A stretch of DNA of 64,000 nt from an uncultured Planctomycetales bacterium (lineage in GTDB: Bacteria > Omnitrophota > Gorgyraeia > Gygaellales > Profunditerraquicolaceae): assembly GCA_964645795.1 (NCBI GenBank), contig CAZYCL010000002.1, positions 16,352 through 80,351 of the forward strand. Reading direction: 5' to 3'. The position numbers and the translations under genes are program-made. Under the pieces are notes generated by a model, which was not told where the DNA came from, ran no database searches, and saw only the letters and a list, made by a program, of their open reading frames with translations. Below, piece after piece: positions 27,661 through 40,154 of this stretch. Each line of letters begins with the position of its first letter. The first letter of the stretch is position 1.

Positions 27661-29847
27661 TTATAGCAGCGGCGGCATCTGGAGCGCCGGATGTTTTACT
27701 TTTTCAAGGTATGTCAGAAGCCCGCTGGATGTGGTAGCCACCGTCTCATCGGCAATGCGCTCCAGCAGGTCCGGTACGCCTTCTTCCTGGCAGCGCTTCT
27801 TGAGCTTATCGGACAAGACCTCTTTTAGCTCTTTAGGCATCCAGACCACGCGCCTCAAGCCTCCCTCTGCCCGGATGAACTTCTTGCTTACTACATAAAG
27901 CTTTCCCACCCCCAGGAACCCCGGCGTTTGCACGCCTCCGCCGACCGAACCGGCAAGAGTGGTAAAATTCATACCGCAGGGGGTCATGCCTACGTAGTCG
28001 CGGTTGACCACGATCACCCCGTTAGCTTCGGGTATTATCGCCACAATGCACTCAAAGCAGCCGCATGAAGACTGGGGTCCTTCCATCATCGAATACATGC
28101 TGACCTGCTCTACGGTCTTGTTGGATTTGGAGTAGATAAACTCATCTATGCTCTTCCATTCTCCGATGCGCTCATCGACCAGCCCGTTTTTGATTATCGG
28201 CTGGTTCGGGCCGGTAGGCATGATCTCAAATGATGCCTTGGCGTCAAGCCATGAGTAGGCCCCGCAAAGCCCCAGCCTTTCCGGGGTAATAATGCAGACA
28301 TGATTCGGGGCGAACGACTGGCACAAGAGGCATGAGTAAAAAGTATCGACGCTCTCGTCGGTCATCCCGGCCAGGCGCTCATCCCGCTCATCATAGGAGA
28401 GCTTGGCCTTCTCCAGCAGCTTCTGGACATCCTCCTTGCCGGTATATAGCTTGACCTGCACCTTATCGACGATACTGCCGTACTCCTGATGGAGCATTGC
28501 ATGAAGGATCACCCCGATATGCTTGAGGCGAAAGCCCTTGGCAAAGGCGTCCTTGGAGATCCTTATCCAGTTCATGTCGCGCTGGCCTACGTGCATAATG
28601 CCCATGGCGTAGTTGATAAAACGGTGGATCTGCCTTTCCAGTATGGGCTCGAAATCCTTCTGGGTCTTCCTGCCTGCCACCTCGACGATTATGGCCAGGG
28701 GCATGGACTTTTTTCCCGGCGCCAACTTATCGATATCTGGCCCTATGATCTCTATCTTGGCGTCATCGACTTCATTTAGCTGGCGGCAGTAGAGGTATTC
28801 GAAAGAAAGCTCGCCCTTCCCGCCGAATTCGACATAGAGCTGTTCTTTCCTCACCCTCTCGCCTTCGAATGCGGCCGCGTATGATACCGGGACATCGATG
28901 TTGGCGACTTTTACCTTCAGACCCCGCACCTCGATGCACTTGGCGGCAAGCTTGCCGTAATCCTTTTCGACAACCAATGCCTCGTATGAAGTAGTTTCGA
29001 TCTTCGCCAGCTCCGGCACATCCAGGTCCGATATGATCGGAAAACCCAGGGCCAGCGCCCCTAATCCCGTGGCCACGATCACCTCATCGACGTGGCTTAA
29101 AAGCACTACAAACGCCGGAACCTTTTGACGGCTATACTCCAGGATCCTGGCCCACTCTCCGCTCTTAAGCCCTCCATACATCAGCGGCGCTCTTATCGCC
29201 CAGTTGACCGCGTATATCGCCGAAAGGTAGTCTTGGCCGAGAGGCACGATATAATTTTCCAGCCCCATCTCCACTTTCTGGTCTTCCAGCTGCTTCTTAA
29301 GGCTCAAGCCGTCTTTGCTCCCGGCCAAAAGACAGACAATGCTCCTGGCCTGAAAATCCCGCACAAGCCTTACTGCCGAATCCGCATCTTTGGCCGGACC
29401 AAGGATCACCGCGATACCGGCGATGCGTCCGTCTACCAGCTGGATACCCAGAGACCGCAGCAGCGTATCCGACAAGAACCCTGCGCAGCCCTCCTGCGGG
29501 TGGCGTTTTTGCGCATACTCCAGCGCCGCCAGGAGCTCTTCGCACAAAAGCGTTGCCAGCCCTTTGTTAAGCATGCCCGAGAGGGCACCCAGATATAATC
29601 CGTTTGAAGCAGGTTTATTCGAAGATAATTTTTTTGCGTCATCCAGGATCCCGCGGCAATCGCCGAGGCTCCTGGCTTCTCTGTGCAAAAGGGCGTCGGC
29701 CAAAGGCAGGTAGTAATTGGTCTGATCGAAGCTCAAGGGGTCTTGGCCGCCTTTCTCTTTTATGCGCCTATCCAGCGCATCTTCGGTAAGGCCCAATATC
29801 GCCTCTGCCCCCCTGGTCCCCAGTTGCACTAAGATGTCTGTTGACAT
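27661..29847 (-). CDS. acsB: Acetyl-CoA synthase (CODH/ACS beta subunit, AcsB/CdhC type)
   Basis: 728 aa with extended similarity to ACS, including the A-cluster cysteines (CLLCQSFAPNHVCIITPERLGLCGAYSW and the Cys-Gly-Cys motif SSCGCFEC). Confidence 0.9.
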   Translation of the reverse strand: MSTDILVQLGTRGAEAILGLTEDALDRRIKEKGGQDPLSFDQTNYYLPLADALLHREARSLGDCRGILDDAKKLSSNKPASNGLYLGALSGMLNKGLATLLCEELLAALEYAQKRHPQEGCAGFLSDTLLRSLGIQLVDGRIAGIAVILGPAKDADSAVRLVRDFQARSIVCLLAGSKDGLSLKKQLEDQKVEMGLENYIVPLGQDYLSAIYAVNWAIRAPLMYGGLKSGEWARILEYSRQKVPAFVVLLSHVDEVIVATGLGALALGFPIISDLDVPELAKIETTSYEALVVEKDYGKLAAKCIEVRGLKVKVANIDVPVSYAAAFEGERVRKEQLYVEFGGKGELSFEYLYCRQLNEVDDAKIEIIGPDIDKLAPGKKSMPLAIIVEVAGRKTQKDFEPILERQIHRFINYAMGIMHVGQRDMNWIRISKDAFAKGFRLKHIGVILHAMLHQEYGSIVDKVQVKLYTGKEDVQKLLEKAKLSYDERDERLAGMTDESVDTFYSCLLCQSFAPNHVCIITPERLGLCGAYSWLDAKASFEIMPTGPNQPIIKNGLVDERIGEWKSIDEFIYSKSNKTVEQVSMYSMMEGPQSSCGCFECIVAIIPEANGVIVVNRDYVGMTPCGMNFTTLAGSVGGGVQTPGFLGVGKLYVVSKKFIRAEGGLRRVVWMPKELKEVLSDKLKKRCQEEGVPDLLERIADETVATTSSGLLTYLEKVKHPALQMPPLL

Positions 29848-30746
29848 AACGAGCTTCCCCTTTCGAGGCTGGCGATAAGGTTTTTGGCTACGATGACCCC
29901 TTCATTGCAGGACTCCTCCCAGCTCTTGCTTTCGCCCAGCTTATCCTCCAGGCAACAGACGCTGCCGCAGGCAAAAATGTTATCGAGATTGGTATGCATG
30001 AGCTCATCCACGATGATGTAACCGTCTTCAGCCCTGATCTGCGAGTCTTTCAGGAATTCAGTGCAGGGCTTATAGTTGCCGGCAAAAAGTATTAGGCTGG
30101 CTTCTATGGCCTTGCCGCTGGATAGCTTGTAAGCTTTTAACTCCGCCCCCTCCCCGATGATCTCGGTAAGAGTGGAATCGGCAATCCACTCGGAGTTCTG
30201 CGGCAGCTCTACGTCGGCCGGTTTGGGGGAAGCGATCACCTTTATGTGTTTGCCCGTCTTCGATATCGCCTCATGGAAGCCGAGGGCGGTCCCGGAGTCG
30301 GCGATAATGCAGACTGAGTCGATTATCTGCAGCCTCTCCCTCACAGCCTCAAACTGTTCCAGATTATATAAGGTAAAAACGCCGTTCTTGGTCTTGCCGG
30401 GGATATCGGGCAGGATGGTCTTACGGCCCGAAGCGATGATCAGAAAATCGTAGCTGATCCTGGTGTTATCCTTAAGGCAGACCCTTTGTTTATGCTCTTC
30501 GATACGGCTGACAGATGCGCCTTTTACCAGCTCTATATTGTTATCCCTGTAAAAAACCTCTTCGCAAAGAAAGAGGCCTTTTTCTTCAACAGAACCCCTT
30601 AAAAAATCCAGCAATAAACACTTGTTGTAAGGCAGGCAGTTTTCCTGCGTGAGCACCGTGATCTTGGCTGCTGCGGAAGAGGCGGCCAAGGTCTTGGCTG
30701 CCGAGAAACCGGCGGCGGAGTTTCCGATGATGAGTATTCTGTTCAT
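29829..30746 (-). CDS. FAD-dependent pyridine-nucleotide-disulfide-oxidoreductase-family protein (short, two-domain)
   Basis: N-terminal dinucleotide-binding motif ILIIGNSAAGFSAA and a second Rossmann motif VCIIADSGTALGF; 305 aa. Confidence 0.7.
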   Translation of the reverse strand: MNRILIIGNSAAGFSAAKTLAASSAAAKITVLTQENCLPYNKCLLLDFLRGSVEEKGLFLCEEVFYRDNNIELVKGASVSRIEEHKQRVCLKDNTRISYDFLIIASGRKTILPDIPGKTKNGVFTLYNLEQFEAVRERLQIIDSVCIIADSGTALGFHEAISKTGKHIKVIASPKPADVELPQNSEWIADSTLTEIIGEGAELKAYKLSSGKAIEASLILFAGNYKPCTEFLKDSQIRAEDGYIIVDELMHTNLDNIFACGSVCCLEDKLGESKSWEESCNEGVIVAKNLIASLERGSSLCQQTS

Positions 30747-30751
30747 GTTTT

Positions 30752-31621
30752 CTACAGGCCCGCGGCGTCCAGCACCAGGGGCACGTTTTTATTCCAACCG
30801 ATAGGCATGATGTGTATGCCCTGGCACAAAGGCCTGAACTGCCTGATAAGACGGCTGGCGATATCCACGGACCTGGCGACCTTATCCTGCGCCGACTCCA
30901 TCTCCCGGATAAGCCTCTCCGGCACGGTTATACCGGCGACGTTCTTGTTGACGAACCGCGCCATGGAGGCGGACTTTAAAAGAAGCACCCCGGCAAAAAC
31001 CTTGACCTTGAGATGCCGAATCTTGTTCATGAAAATCTCCAGGACCTCCGGTTCAAATACGGCCTGGGTTTGAAAGAACTCCGCTCCCGCGGCAACTTTC
31101 TTTTCCATTTTGATGATCTGCGGCTCCAAGGGCTCTGAGCCGGGGTTGACCACCGCCCCTACGCAGAACTTAGGCGCAATGCCCTCCAGCTTGTTGCCGT
31201 TCATGTCCCGGCCTTCCTGGATCATTTTTACAACCTGAAGCAGCTGCACGGAATCAAGATCAAAAACGGGCTTGGCCTGGGGATGGTCGCCGAGCATCGG
31301 ATGATCTCCGGTAAGTATAAGCAGGTTCTCGATGCCCATGGCCGCGGCGGACAATATATCCGACTGCAGCGCCAGGCGGTTGCGGTCGCGGCAGGCCAGC
31401 TGATATATCGGCTCCAGCCCTCTCTGTTTAAGGAGTGCGCTTACGGCAAACGAACCCATGCGCATCACCGAGCTCTGAAGCTCGGTGACGTTAATAGCGT
31501 CAACCCTGTCACGCAGAAGCTCGGCTTCTGCCAACACCAAAGACGGGTCGCTGCCCTTTGGCGGACCGATCTCGCAGGTAACGATGAAATCGCCCGACTT
31601 TATTCTTTCTTTGAATGTCAT
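30752..31621 (-). CDS. metF: Methylenetetrahydrofolate reductase
   Basis: MTHFR TIM-barrel signatures (FIVTCEIGPPKG, ILTGDHP). The start is set at MTFKERIKSG; the longest ORF reaches 31786. Confidence 0.8.
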   Translation of the reverse strand: MTFKERIKSGDFIVTCEIGPPKGSDPSLVLAEAELLRDRVDAINVTELQSSVMRMGSFAVSALLKQRGLEPIYQLACRDRNRLALQSDILSAAAMGIENLLILTGDHPMLGDHPQAKPVFDLDSVQLLQVVKMIQEGRDMNGNKLEGIAPKFCVGAVVNPGSEPLEPQIIKMEKKVAAGAEFFQTQAVFEPEVLEIFMNKIRHLKVKVFAGVLLLKSASMARFVNKNVAGITVPERLIREMESAQDKVARSVDIASRLIRQFRPLCQGIHIMPIGWNKNVPLVLDAAGL

Positions 31622-32268
31622 TGCGGCTGCGCGGCTATATTCTGACCTTGGTTGATCCTTGCCGATAATAACCTGTAGGCGTAAGCCTGGGCTACCATAG
31701 TCAGCGGTATGGTAATAAGCATCCCCAGCATAAGGGCCAGGAGCCCGGCGATATTTAGAAGCATAATGACCAGATACAGCACACAAAGCTGGCCCTTAAA
31801 ACCACTGGTAAGGACGCTGCTTTTCTTCAACGCTTCGATCGGCCCGGCTTCCTTATCTACCACCAGATAAGCGCTGAGGCTGAATTTTATGCCCCAGACA
31901 ATCCCGGGAACTATCAACAAAAATAATCCCAGTATCGTGATCAAACCCACCAGCAGCGAGGCAGCGAAGAATTTAAAGAATAGGCGCGCATGCATATAAA
32001 GGTCTTCCACTCTGACCTCTTGTGCGTCGTGAAGCTTGAGCGCTATCTTGATCAACCCGATCTGCATGACCATGCTCACCGCATACGAGAATAGCGCGAC
32101 TACCAGGCCTACCGGCTGACGGCCCTCGGACATCTTCTGCAGTATATAGGTCACCACCTCTACCGAGGCATAAACAAGTATCGTTCCCAGGACAATCGCC
32201 AGATTACCCCTGACCCTTGCCCAGGCAAAACTCAAAGCCTCGCCCACACGGATAACCTTTTCTTGCAT
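31618..32268 (-). CDS. Integral membrane protein of unknown function (6 predicted TM helices)
   Basis: 216 aa, strongly hydrophobic with repeated TM segments; no catalytic motif recognised. Confidence 0.5.
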   Translation of the reverse strand: MQEKVIRVGEALSFAWARVRGNLAIVLGTILVYASVEVVTYILQKMSEGRQPVGLVVALFSYAVSMVMQIGLIKIALKLHDAQEVRVEDLYMHARLFFKFFAASLLVGLITILGLFLLIVPGIVWGIKFSLSAYLVVDKEAGPIEALKKSSVLTSGFKGQLCVLYLVIMLLNIAGLLALMLGMLITIPLTMVAQAYAYRLLSARINQGQNIAAQPQ

Positions 32269-32285
32269 CTGGCCCTCCCTCTGGT

Positions 32286-33134
32286 TTATGATGACTGCGC
32301 AAGCTCGGCAGCTTCTACGAGATTGCGCATAAGCATGACCACCGTAAGCGGCCCGACTCCGCCGGGAACCGGAGTGATATAGGCGGCCCTGGTCCTGGCC
32401 GTCTCAAAATCCACATCACCAACTATATTAGCCCCCACCCGGTTAATGCCCACGTCAATTACCACGGCCCCCTCCCTGATCCAGGGACCCTTTATAAGAT
32501 GCGCCTTTCCTGCCGCCACCACCAGGATCTCTGCCCTTTCCACATGCTCCTGGAGCTTGTCCGCAAGAGACGTACCTATATGGCAGACCGTCACCGTAGC
32601 CAACCTCTCCACCAACATCAGGGCCAGAGGCTTGCCCACGATCTCGCTGTGCCCGACGATAACCGTCTCCTTGCCTTTAAGATCCATGCCGGTGGATTCG
32701 ATGAGCGCCATCACTGCCGCCGGCGTACACGGCAGGATGCGCCCCTTGCCAAAAACCAGCATCCCAACGTTGTGCGGATGCAGCCCCTCGACGTCCTTAT
32801 CTGCGGGTATATAGCGGCTGATCTTCTTCTGATCGATATGCGAAGGCAGGGGCATCTGGATGATCACGCCGTTTGTCTTCTTATCGGAGCCGGCTTTCAT
32901 CAAGAACCCGGCAAGCTCCTCCTCGCTTACGTCTGACTTAAAAGCATGGAGGCGGTAATCGATACCCAGCTCTTCGGCGCACTTCTCCTGACTCTTGACG
33001 TAACTGGCCGAACCGGGATTATCGCCTACCAGGATGCTTACCAGAACAGGCCTTGCCGCTAAAGCCCTGACCCGACAAGCAAGCTCCGCTTTGATCTTTT
33101 GGGCGATAGGCCTAGCCTCTAACAACTTTGCCAA
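32286..33134 (-). CDS. folD: Bifunctional methylene-THF dehydrogenase / methenyl-THF cyclohydrolase
   Basis: 282 aa with FolD motifs (SYVKSQEKCAEELGI, PGGVGPLTVVML). Confidence 0.9.
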   Translation of the reverse strand: MAKLLEARPIAQKIKAELACRVRALAARPVLVSILVGDNPGSASYVKSQEKCAEELGIDYRLHAFKSDVSEEELAGFLMKAGSDKKTNGVIIQMPLPSHIDQKKISRYIPADKDVEGLHPHNVGMLVFGKGRILPCTPAAVMALIESTGMDLKGKETVIVGHSEIVGKPLALMLVERLATVTVCHIGTSLADKLQEHVERAEILVVAAGKAHLIKGPWIREGAVVIDVGINRVGANIVGDVDFETARTRAAYITPVPGGVGPLTVVMLMRNLVEAAELAQSS

Positions 33135-33675
33135 TTTTCTCCTCCACCAGTTTCCTGGTTTTCTTTACCAGCGCCTCTTTGTGAAGCAGCTCTTTGCGCA
33201 CAGCCTTAGACAGCCTTTCGTCCTTTAACGCTTTAAGGTTTATCTCAACATTAAAGTAGGCTGAAGTAAAGGCTGCCTCCAGCATTATCGCCGCCACGGC
33301 TACATCGCTGATAAGGTTGACGTTCCCTTTTTTTATGAGGGCCGGGCACAGGCGCATGCCCTCATACGAAAGCCTGCATACCATAAGCGGAACATCCAGC
33401 GCATCCCTGATATTCCTGCTCTTATAAGCGACCACGTCAAGGTCGATGAGCCTGGTCAGCTCTTCGCGAAGCTTCTCGCAGCGATTAAGCATCTTCCTGA
33501 GATCCGCATCGTAAGAGGAGTAACGGGGCTTACCGACGGTGAAATTAACCACCATGCTGATAAGAGAGGCGCCCATTGCCGCGCTCATGGCCGCAGCCGA
33601 GCCGCCCCCCGGAGCGGCAAGCTTTGCCGCCAAATCCTCAAGGTAGGTGTTCAGATCCCGGTCCTTATAATCCAT
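33112..33675 (-). CDS. Cyclodeaminase/cyclohydrolase-domain protein (FtcD C-terminal-domain-like; methenyl-THF cyclohydrolase FchA type)
   Basis: 187 aa, all-helical, with the AAPGGGSAAAMSAAMGASL motif typical of the formiminotransferase-cyclodeaminase family. Confidence 0.7.
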   Translation of the reverse strand: MDYKDRDLNTYLEDLAAKLAAPGGGSAAAMSAAMGASLISMVVNFTVGKPRYSSYDADLRKMLNRCEKLREELTRLIDLDVVAYKSRNIRDALDVPLMVCRLSYEGMRLCPALIKKGNVNLISDVAVAAIMLEAAFTSAYFNVEINLKALKDERLSKAVRKELLHKEALVKKTRKLVEEKIGKVVRG

Positions 33676-33701
33676 ACTGACCTCTTTTTATAAACCTGGG
33701 T

Positions 33702-34058
33702 TTAATCCGCGTCAAAGGCATTCTTGATCAGATCGGCTTTCTTTGCGGGTGCGCCGATTATCGATACCACATCAAATCGCGCGCGATGGTCCAGGAGCCC
33801 GTTCTTTTTCAGGTAATCCAGAGCGCAGTTTTGCATCCGGCGGCGCTTGGAAAAATCCAGCGCCTCTTGCGGCAAACCAAATCTATCGCAACTGCGGCTC
33901 TTGACTTCCACAAAACAGTAACACTGCCCGTCCCTGGCGATGATGTCGATCTCCCCGTATGGCGAACGGTAGTTCCTTTTCAGGATCCGGTAACCGCTCT
34001 TCTTGAGAAGATCCAAAGCAAGCCTCTCGCCGTCCCTGCCTTTTTGTTGATTAGACAC
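33702..34058 (-). CDS. YraN-family (UPF0102) putative endonuclease
   Basis: 118 aa with GERLALDLLKKSGYRILKRNYRSPYGEIDIIA...FVEVKSR. Confidence 0.75.
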   Translation of the reverse strand: MSNQQKGRDGERLALDLLKKSGYRILKRNYRSPYGEIDIIARDGQCYCFVEVKSRSCDRFGLPQEALDFSKRRRMQNCALDYLKKNGLLDHRARFDVVSIIGAPAKKADLIKNAFDAD

Positions 34059-34653
34059 AAGAGAAGCTCCTGCGATGGATAAAACTCGGGCCCAGCGACC
34101 TCAAAACCTTCCTGTGTAAAGCAGTAGGATAGCCTTTATGACGAGAGAATCCGTATCCGGGAAACTGCCTGTCATAATCGTTCATGATATCATCGCGGCT
34201 TACCTTTGCCAGGATCGATGCACAGGCAATGCTTCTGGACCTGGCGTCACCCTTTATTATGCAGCTGTGGGCAAAAGGTATGTCCGGTGGGACATTACCG
34301 TCTATGAGCACGTGCACCAGAGACCGGTCAGCTAATACGGCCTTGGCGGCAAGCTCCTCTATCGCCCGGCGCATGGCCAGCCTGGTCGCCTGCAGGATAT
34401 TGATCTCATCGATGGTTTCATGGCCGACGCAGGCAATGCCGTAGTCGCATTTAGCGACGATCTCTTTATAGGCCTTCCTGCGCTGGGCATCCGTGAGTTT
34501 CTTGGAATCGTCGATACGGCAGCTAAATCCTTCTTCGCTTAATATCACGGCGGCAGCTACAACCGGACCGGCTAAAGGGCCGCGTCCGGCTTCGTCCACT
34601 CCGATAAGCGTAGTAAAACCCTGCCTTTTGAACTTTCGCTCGTAATAGAGCAT
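34051..34653 (-). CDS. rnhB: Ribonuclease HII
   Basis: GVDEAGRGPLAGPVV catalytic motif; 200 aa. Confidence 0.85.
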   Translation of the reverse strand: MLYYERKFKRQGFTTLIGVDEAGRGPLAGPVVAAAVILSEEGFSCRIDDSKKLTDAQRRKAYKEIVAKCDYGIACVGHETIDEINILQATRLAMRRAIEELAAKAVLADRSLVHVLIDGNVPPDIPFAHSCIIKGDARSRSIACASILAKVSRDDIMNDYDRQFPGYGFSRHKGYPTALHRKVLRSLGPSFIHRRSFSCV

Positions 34654-34714
34654 TGCGCTAACGTGGGGAGTTAAGGGATTTATCGGGTTCGGTGGGCCTT
34701 ATAACGGACAGGGC

Positions 34715-35083
34715 TTAAGCGCTGGCCTTCTCTTTTTCTTCTCTGTCCTTGATCTTGGTCGCGCGCTTACCGACCTTCTCCCTCAGATAGTAAAGCTTGG
34801 CCCTTTTTACCTTGCCCCTGCGCACTACTTCGATACGTTCGATGCTGGGCGAATAGAGAGGGAACACCCTCTCGATGCCCTCTCCGTATGAGACCTTGCG
34901 TATGGTAAAGCTGGTATTGACCCCTGAGCCCTTCCTGGAAATGACCACGCCCTCACAGGGGTGCAGGCGTACCTTATCAGAGCCTTCCGGTATCTTGGTC
35001 AGGACCTTTATTGTGTCTCCTACGCCAAAGTTGGGCAGCTCTTTTTTCAGCGTTTCGGCATTGATAAGCTTTAATTTATCCAT
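34715..35083 (-). CDS. rplS: 50S ribosomal protein L19
   Basis: 122 aa reading ...FGVGDTIKV...[22 protein letters not shown]...[22 protein letters not shown]. Confidence 0.9.
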   Translation of the reverse strand: MDKLKLINAETLKKELPNFGVGDTIKVLTKIPEGSDKVRLHPCEGVVISRKGSGVNTSFTIRKVSYGEGIERVFPLYSPSIERIEVVRRGKVKRAKLYYLREKVGKRATKIKDREEKEKASA

Positions 35084-35774
35084 CTGGTGTTTCTCCTTTC
35101 AAAAGGTCCGGCCTTCTTTTTCTGGTGCGGCTGTGCGCCTGTTCTTTTCTCCAGGCCTCGATCTTCTTATGATCTCCGGTCAAGAGGAGCTGCGGCACCT
35201 TCATGCCCCTGAAATCAGCCGGCCGGGTATAGTGGGGATATTCTAATAGATTACCTTCGAATGACTCAAAATTCAAGGAATTTTTATCGCCCAGCACCCC
35301 CGGTATCAGCCTCACGACCGCATCAACTACTACCATAGCGGCGCACTCCCCCCCGGTAAGCACGTAATCCCCTATAGATATCTCTTCGTCTGCCAGGCGT
35401 TCTGCCACCCTCTCGTCAATCCCTTCATAGTGGCCGCATATTAAGATAATACTTTTATATTTAGATAATCTCAGGGCCCGCTTCTGATCGAACCTTTGCC
35501 CTTGGGCCGAAAGCAGAATGACGCGGCTATTGCGGCAGGCCGGTATTTCCTTTATCGCCTCCACAGCCCGGAATATCGGCTCAGGGCTCATCACCATGCC
35601 CGAGCCTCCGCCAAAAGGACGGTCATCGACCTTGCGGTGCTTATCCAGCGTGTAATCGCGCAGGTCATGCACATAAACCTTAAGCTTCTTCTTTTCCTGC
35701 GCGCGCTTGAGAATAGAATCATTGAGCACGGGGCCGAACATCTTCGGGAATATGGTTATTATGTCGATGCGCAT
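35076..35774 (-). CDS. trmD: tRNA (guanine37-N1)-methyltransferase
   Basis: SPOUT/TrmD motifs ([31 protein letters not shown]). Confidence 0.9.
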   Translation of the reverse strand: MRIDIITIFPKMFGPVLNDSILKRAQEKKKLKVYVHDLRDYTLDKHRKVDDRPFGGGSGMVMSPEPIFRAVEAIKEIPACRNSRVILLSAQGQRFDQKRALRLSKYKSIILICGHYEGIDERVAERLADEEISIGDYVLTGGECAAMVVVDAVVRLIPGVLGDKNSLNFESFEGNLLEYPHYTRPADFRGMKVPQLLLTGDHKKIEAWRKEQAHSRTRKRRPDLLKGETPDG

Positions 35775-35781
35775 ACTTAAG

Positions 35782-37864
<2,083 letters not shown>

Positions 37865-37877
<13 letters not shown>

Positions 37878-38017
37878 GATTTATCCTCCGGCTTCTGATT
37901 GCAGCAGCATTTGGAGTTTTTGGCCTTCTCTTTCAGATTCTTGTCTAGATTAGAAAATAACCGGCTTAAAAACCCTGCTAACTTACCCTTTTTCTGGTTC
38001 TTATCAAACTGGTTCAT
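37865..38017 (-). CDS. Small Cys-rich peptide of about 50 aa, translationally coupled to the permease; absent from the ORF track
   Basis: The ATG is preceded by AAGGAGG-N6. The product is MNQFDKNQKKGKLAGFLSRLFSNLDKNLKEKAKNSKCCCNQKPEDKSCCS, and its end overlaps the permease GTG start. Coordinates are accurate to about 1 nt. Confidence 0.4.
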
Positions 38018-38041
38018 GGCTTCCCTCCTTTTATCCTTAAC

Positions 38042-39031
38042 CTACAATATTAGCATAGCGTCGCCATAGCTGTAAAATCTATATTTTCGTTCGATCGCCT
38101 CCCGGTAAGCCCTATGGGCAAGCTCTGTGCCGGCAAATGCGCAGACCAGCATGAAAAGGGTGGTTTTGGGAAGATGAAAGTTTGTGACTAGGCAATCGGC
38201 AAGCCTGAAGTTGAAGCCCGGATAAATAAACAGATCGGTCCTGCCCTCGCTTATTCCCGCCGCATAGGCCTCCAGAGCCCGCAGAGTTGTGGTGCCGACA
38301 GGTATTATACGCCTGTTGCCCCTGCGCGCCTCATCGATCATCGCACGGGTCTTTGCGGGGATAAAGAAACTCTCGCCCTCCATTTTATGTTTAGAGGGGT
38401 CTTCGGTTTTTACCGGCCTGAAGGTCCCCGGACCGACATGCAAAGTCAGATACCCTATATCCACGCCGCTGCCCCTGATTGCCGAAAGCAACCCCTCGGT
38501 AAAATGCAGTCCTGCGGTAGGACTGGCTATCGCTCCGTCGTTCTTGGCATATACGGTCTGATAATCCTGCCGGTCGGATTCCTGCGGCTCCCTTTTTATA
38601 TAAGGAGGCAGCGGCATGACCCCTGCCTTATAAATTTCTTCAACGCTGCCGGCTTCAAATGCCAATTTGTCTCTGGCGATTATCGTGGCGTTAACGCCGG
38701 TCCCATCGAAGCTTATCTTTTCCGAGAGCTTGAGTCTGGCGGGCTTAAGCATTGCCTGAAATACAAGACCGCCCAGATGAGAAATAAGCAGCGCTTCCAC
38801 CCTGCCTCCGGTCTTGCGCCTGCCCAGCAGCCTGCAGGAAAGGACCCTGGTATCGTTTAGCAGAAGAAGGTCACCCTTGCTTAGATACAGCGGCAGGTCT
38901 TTAAACTGCCTGTGGGCGATATCTGCCGAATGCCTGTCTAAGACCAAAAGGCCTGCCTTGTCTCTGTCTTGGAGAGGATGCTGGGCTATCAGCTTGCCTG
39001 GAAGGTGGTAATCAAAACTGGAGAGTTTCAA
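38042..39031 (-). CDS. queA: S-adenosylmethionine:tRNA ribosyltransferase-isomerase
   Basis: QueA motifs (FDYHLPGKLIAQHP, GTTTLRALE). The start is uncertain; a TTG near 39031 is used, while the longest ORF to 39148 would overlap the upstream gene by 137 nt. Confidence 0.8.
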   Translation of the reverse strand: MKLSSFDYHLPGKLIAQHPLQDRDKAGLLVLDRHSADIAHRQFKDLPLYLSKGDLLLLNDTRVLSCRLLGRRKTGGRVEALLISHLGGLVFQAMLKPARLKLSEKISFDGTGVNATIIARDKLAFEAGSVEEIYKAGVMPLPPYIKREPQESDRQDYQTVYAKNDGAIASPTAGLHFTEGLLSAIRGSGVDIGYLTLHVGPGTFRPVKTEDPSKHKMEGESFFIPAKTRAMIDEARRGNRRIIPVGTTTLRALEAYAAGISEGRTDLFIYPGFNFRLADCLVTNFHLPKTTLFMLVCAFAGTELAHRAYREAIERKYRFYSYGDAMLIL

Positions 39032-40154
39032 TTTTGCATCCGGGGTAGTAGTAGCTGATGATCTCTTCGGCGCTCCTGCCAAGCTTGGCCTGGAAGTAGG
39101 CGCCCCATTGGCAGAAGCCCACGCCGTGGCCCCAGCCAAACCCTTCAAAGATCACGTCTGCGTCGGCCATGGTCAGGGAGAAGTTGGTGCTGCGCACAAG
39201 GTTAGCCCCCAGCGCCAGGCGGAAATCCTTAGCCGGTATCTTAATGGCGTCTTCTTTGCTTTTTATGCTTATGTCGGTGATGCGTCCGGAACGGTCCCTG
39301 TCCAGGATGGCTATCTCCTCAATAGCGCCTACCTTATAACCTGCCTGGCGCAGCTTATCGGCCATCTGGAGCCTTGAACAGACATAAAACCATCTGTAAT
39401 GCGGCGCTTGCTTGCAAAAACCGCAAGGAACGCCTTTGAGCGGCTCAAGATCCGTGTTCCAGAGCAGGCCGGCATCTTCCGTATGCCCGGCGCAGGTAGC
39501 ATGAAAATAGGCCGGGAGTATCTGATTTTTATACAGGATAACCTTGCCTTTGGTCTGGTCTACGGCATCGTTGGTCCGGTAGCGTTCGGAGGTCTTGCCC
39601 CCGTATACCTGCGAAAAGACATCGCTGGTAGCGTCAAAATCCTTGGACTTATTCTGCTGGGCCAAAAACAGCGCGAAGGTGCGCGAAACGATGGCCTGAG
39701 CCTTAATCGCCTCTATCGGCCAATAGTGGGATATCTCATGATAAAGTATGCCCCTGACATAATCCTCCAGCTCTATGAAATTTACCGCATAAAGTGCGTT
39801 ACGGCCTCTGCGCAAAAACTCTATCCTGCCCCTGAATTTTCTGCCGTTAAGCGAAACATGCCCGTTGGGATCGGCGGCCTGAATAAAGATCTTGTCCTTG
39901 CCAAAGCTTTTTTCTCCAATAGTTATCCCGCCGGAGTATGCGCTGACAAAAGAATTCAGGTTTTTTGCGCGAAAGAAACAGCGCTTGCCGCTAATATCCG
40001 TAACCTCGTAATACCCCTTGATGTTTACATTGATCCTCGAGGCATCGCGCATGACCGCCACGCGGATGTACTTCTGGGCGAAGGCCGGGGTAAAAGGGCC
40101 AAGCACTATGACGACGCCTAGAATAAAATATCTTATTTTCTGGAGAATAACCAT
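39012..40154 (-). CDS. SpoIID/LytB-domain protein
   Basis: 380 aa with an N-terminal signal/TM segment and a SpoIID-like region (...YHATCAGHTED...). Confidence 0.7.
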   Translation of the reverse strand: MVILQKIRYFILGVVIVLGPFTPAFAQKYIRVAVMRDASRINVNIKGYYEVTDISGKRCFFRAKNLNSFVSAYSGGITIGEKSFGKDKIFIQAADPNGHVSLNGRKFRGRIEFLRRGRNALYAVNFIELEDYVRGILYHEISHYWPIEAIKAQAIVSRTFALFLAQQNKSKDFDATSDVFSQVYGGKTSERYRTNDAVDQTKGKVILYKNQILPAYFHATCAGHTEDAGLLWNTDLEPLKGVPCGFCKQAPHYRWFYVCSRLQMADKLRQAGYKVGAIEEIAILDRDRSGRITDISIKSKEDAIKIPAKDFRLALGANLVRSTNFSLTMADADVIFEGFGWGHGVGFCQWGAYFQAKLGRSAEEIISYYYPGCKIETLQF

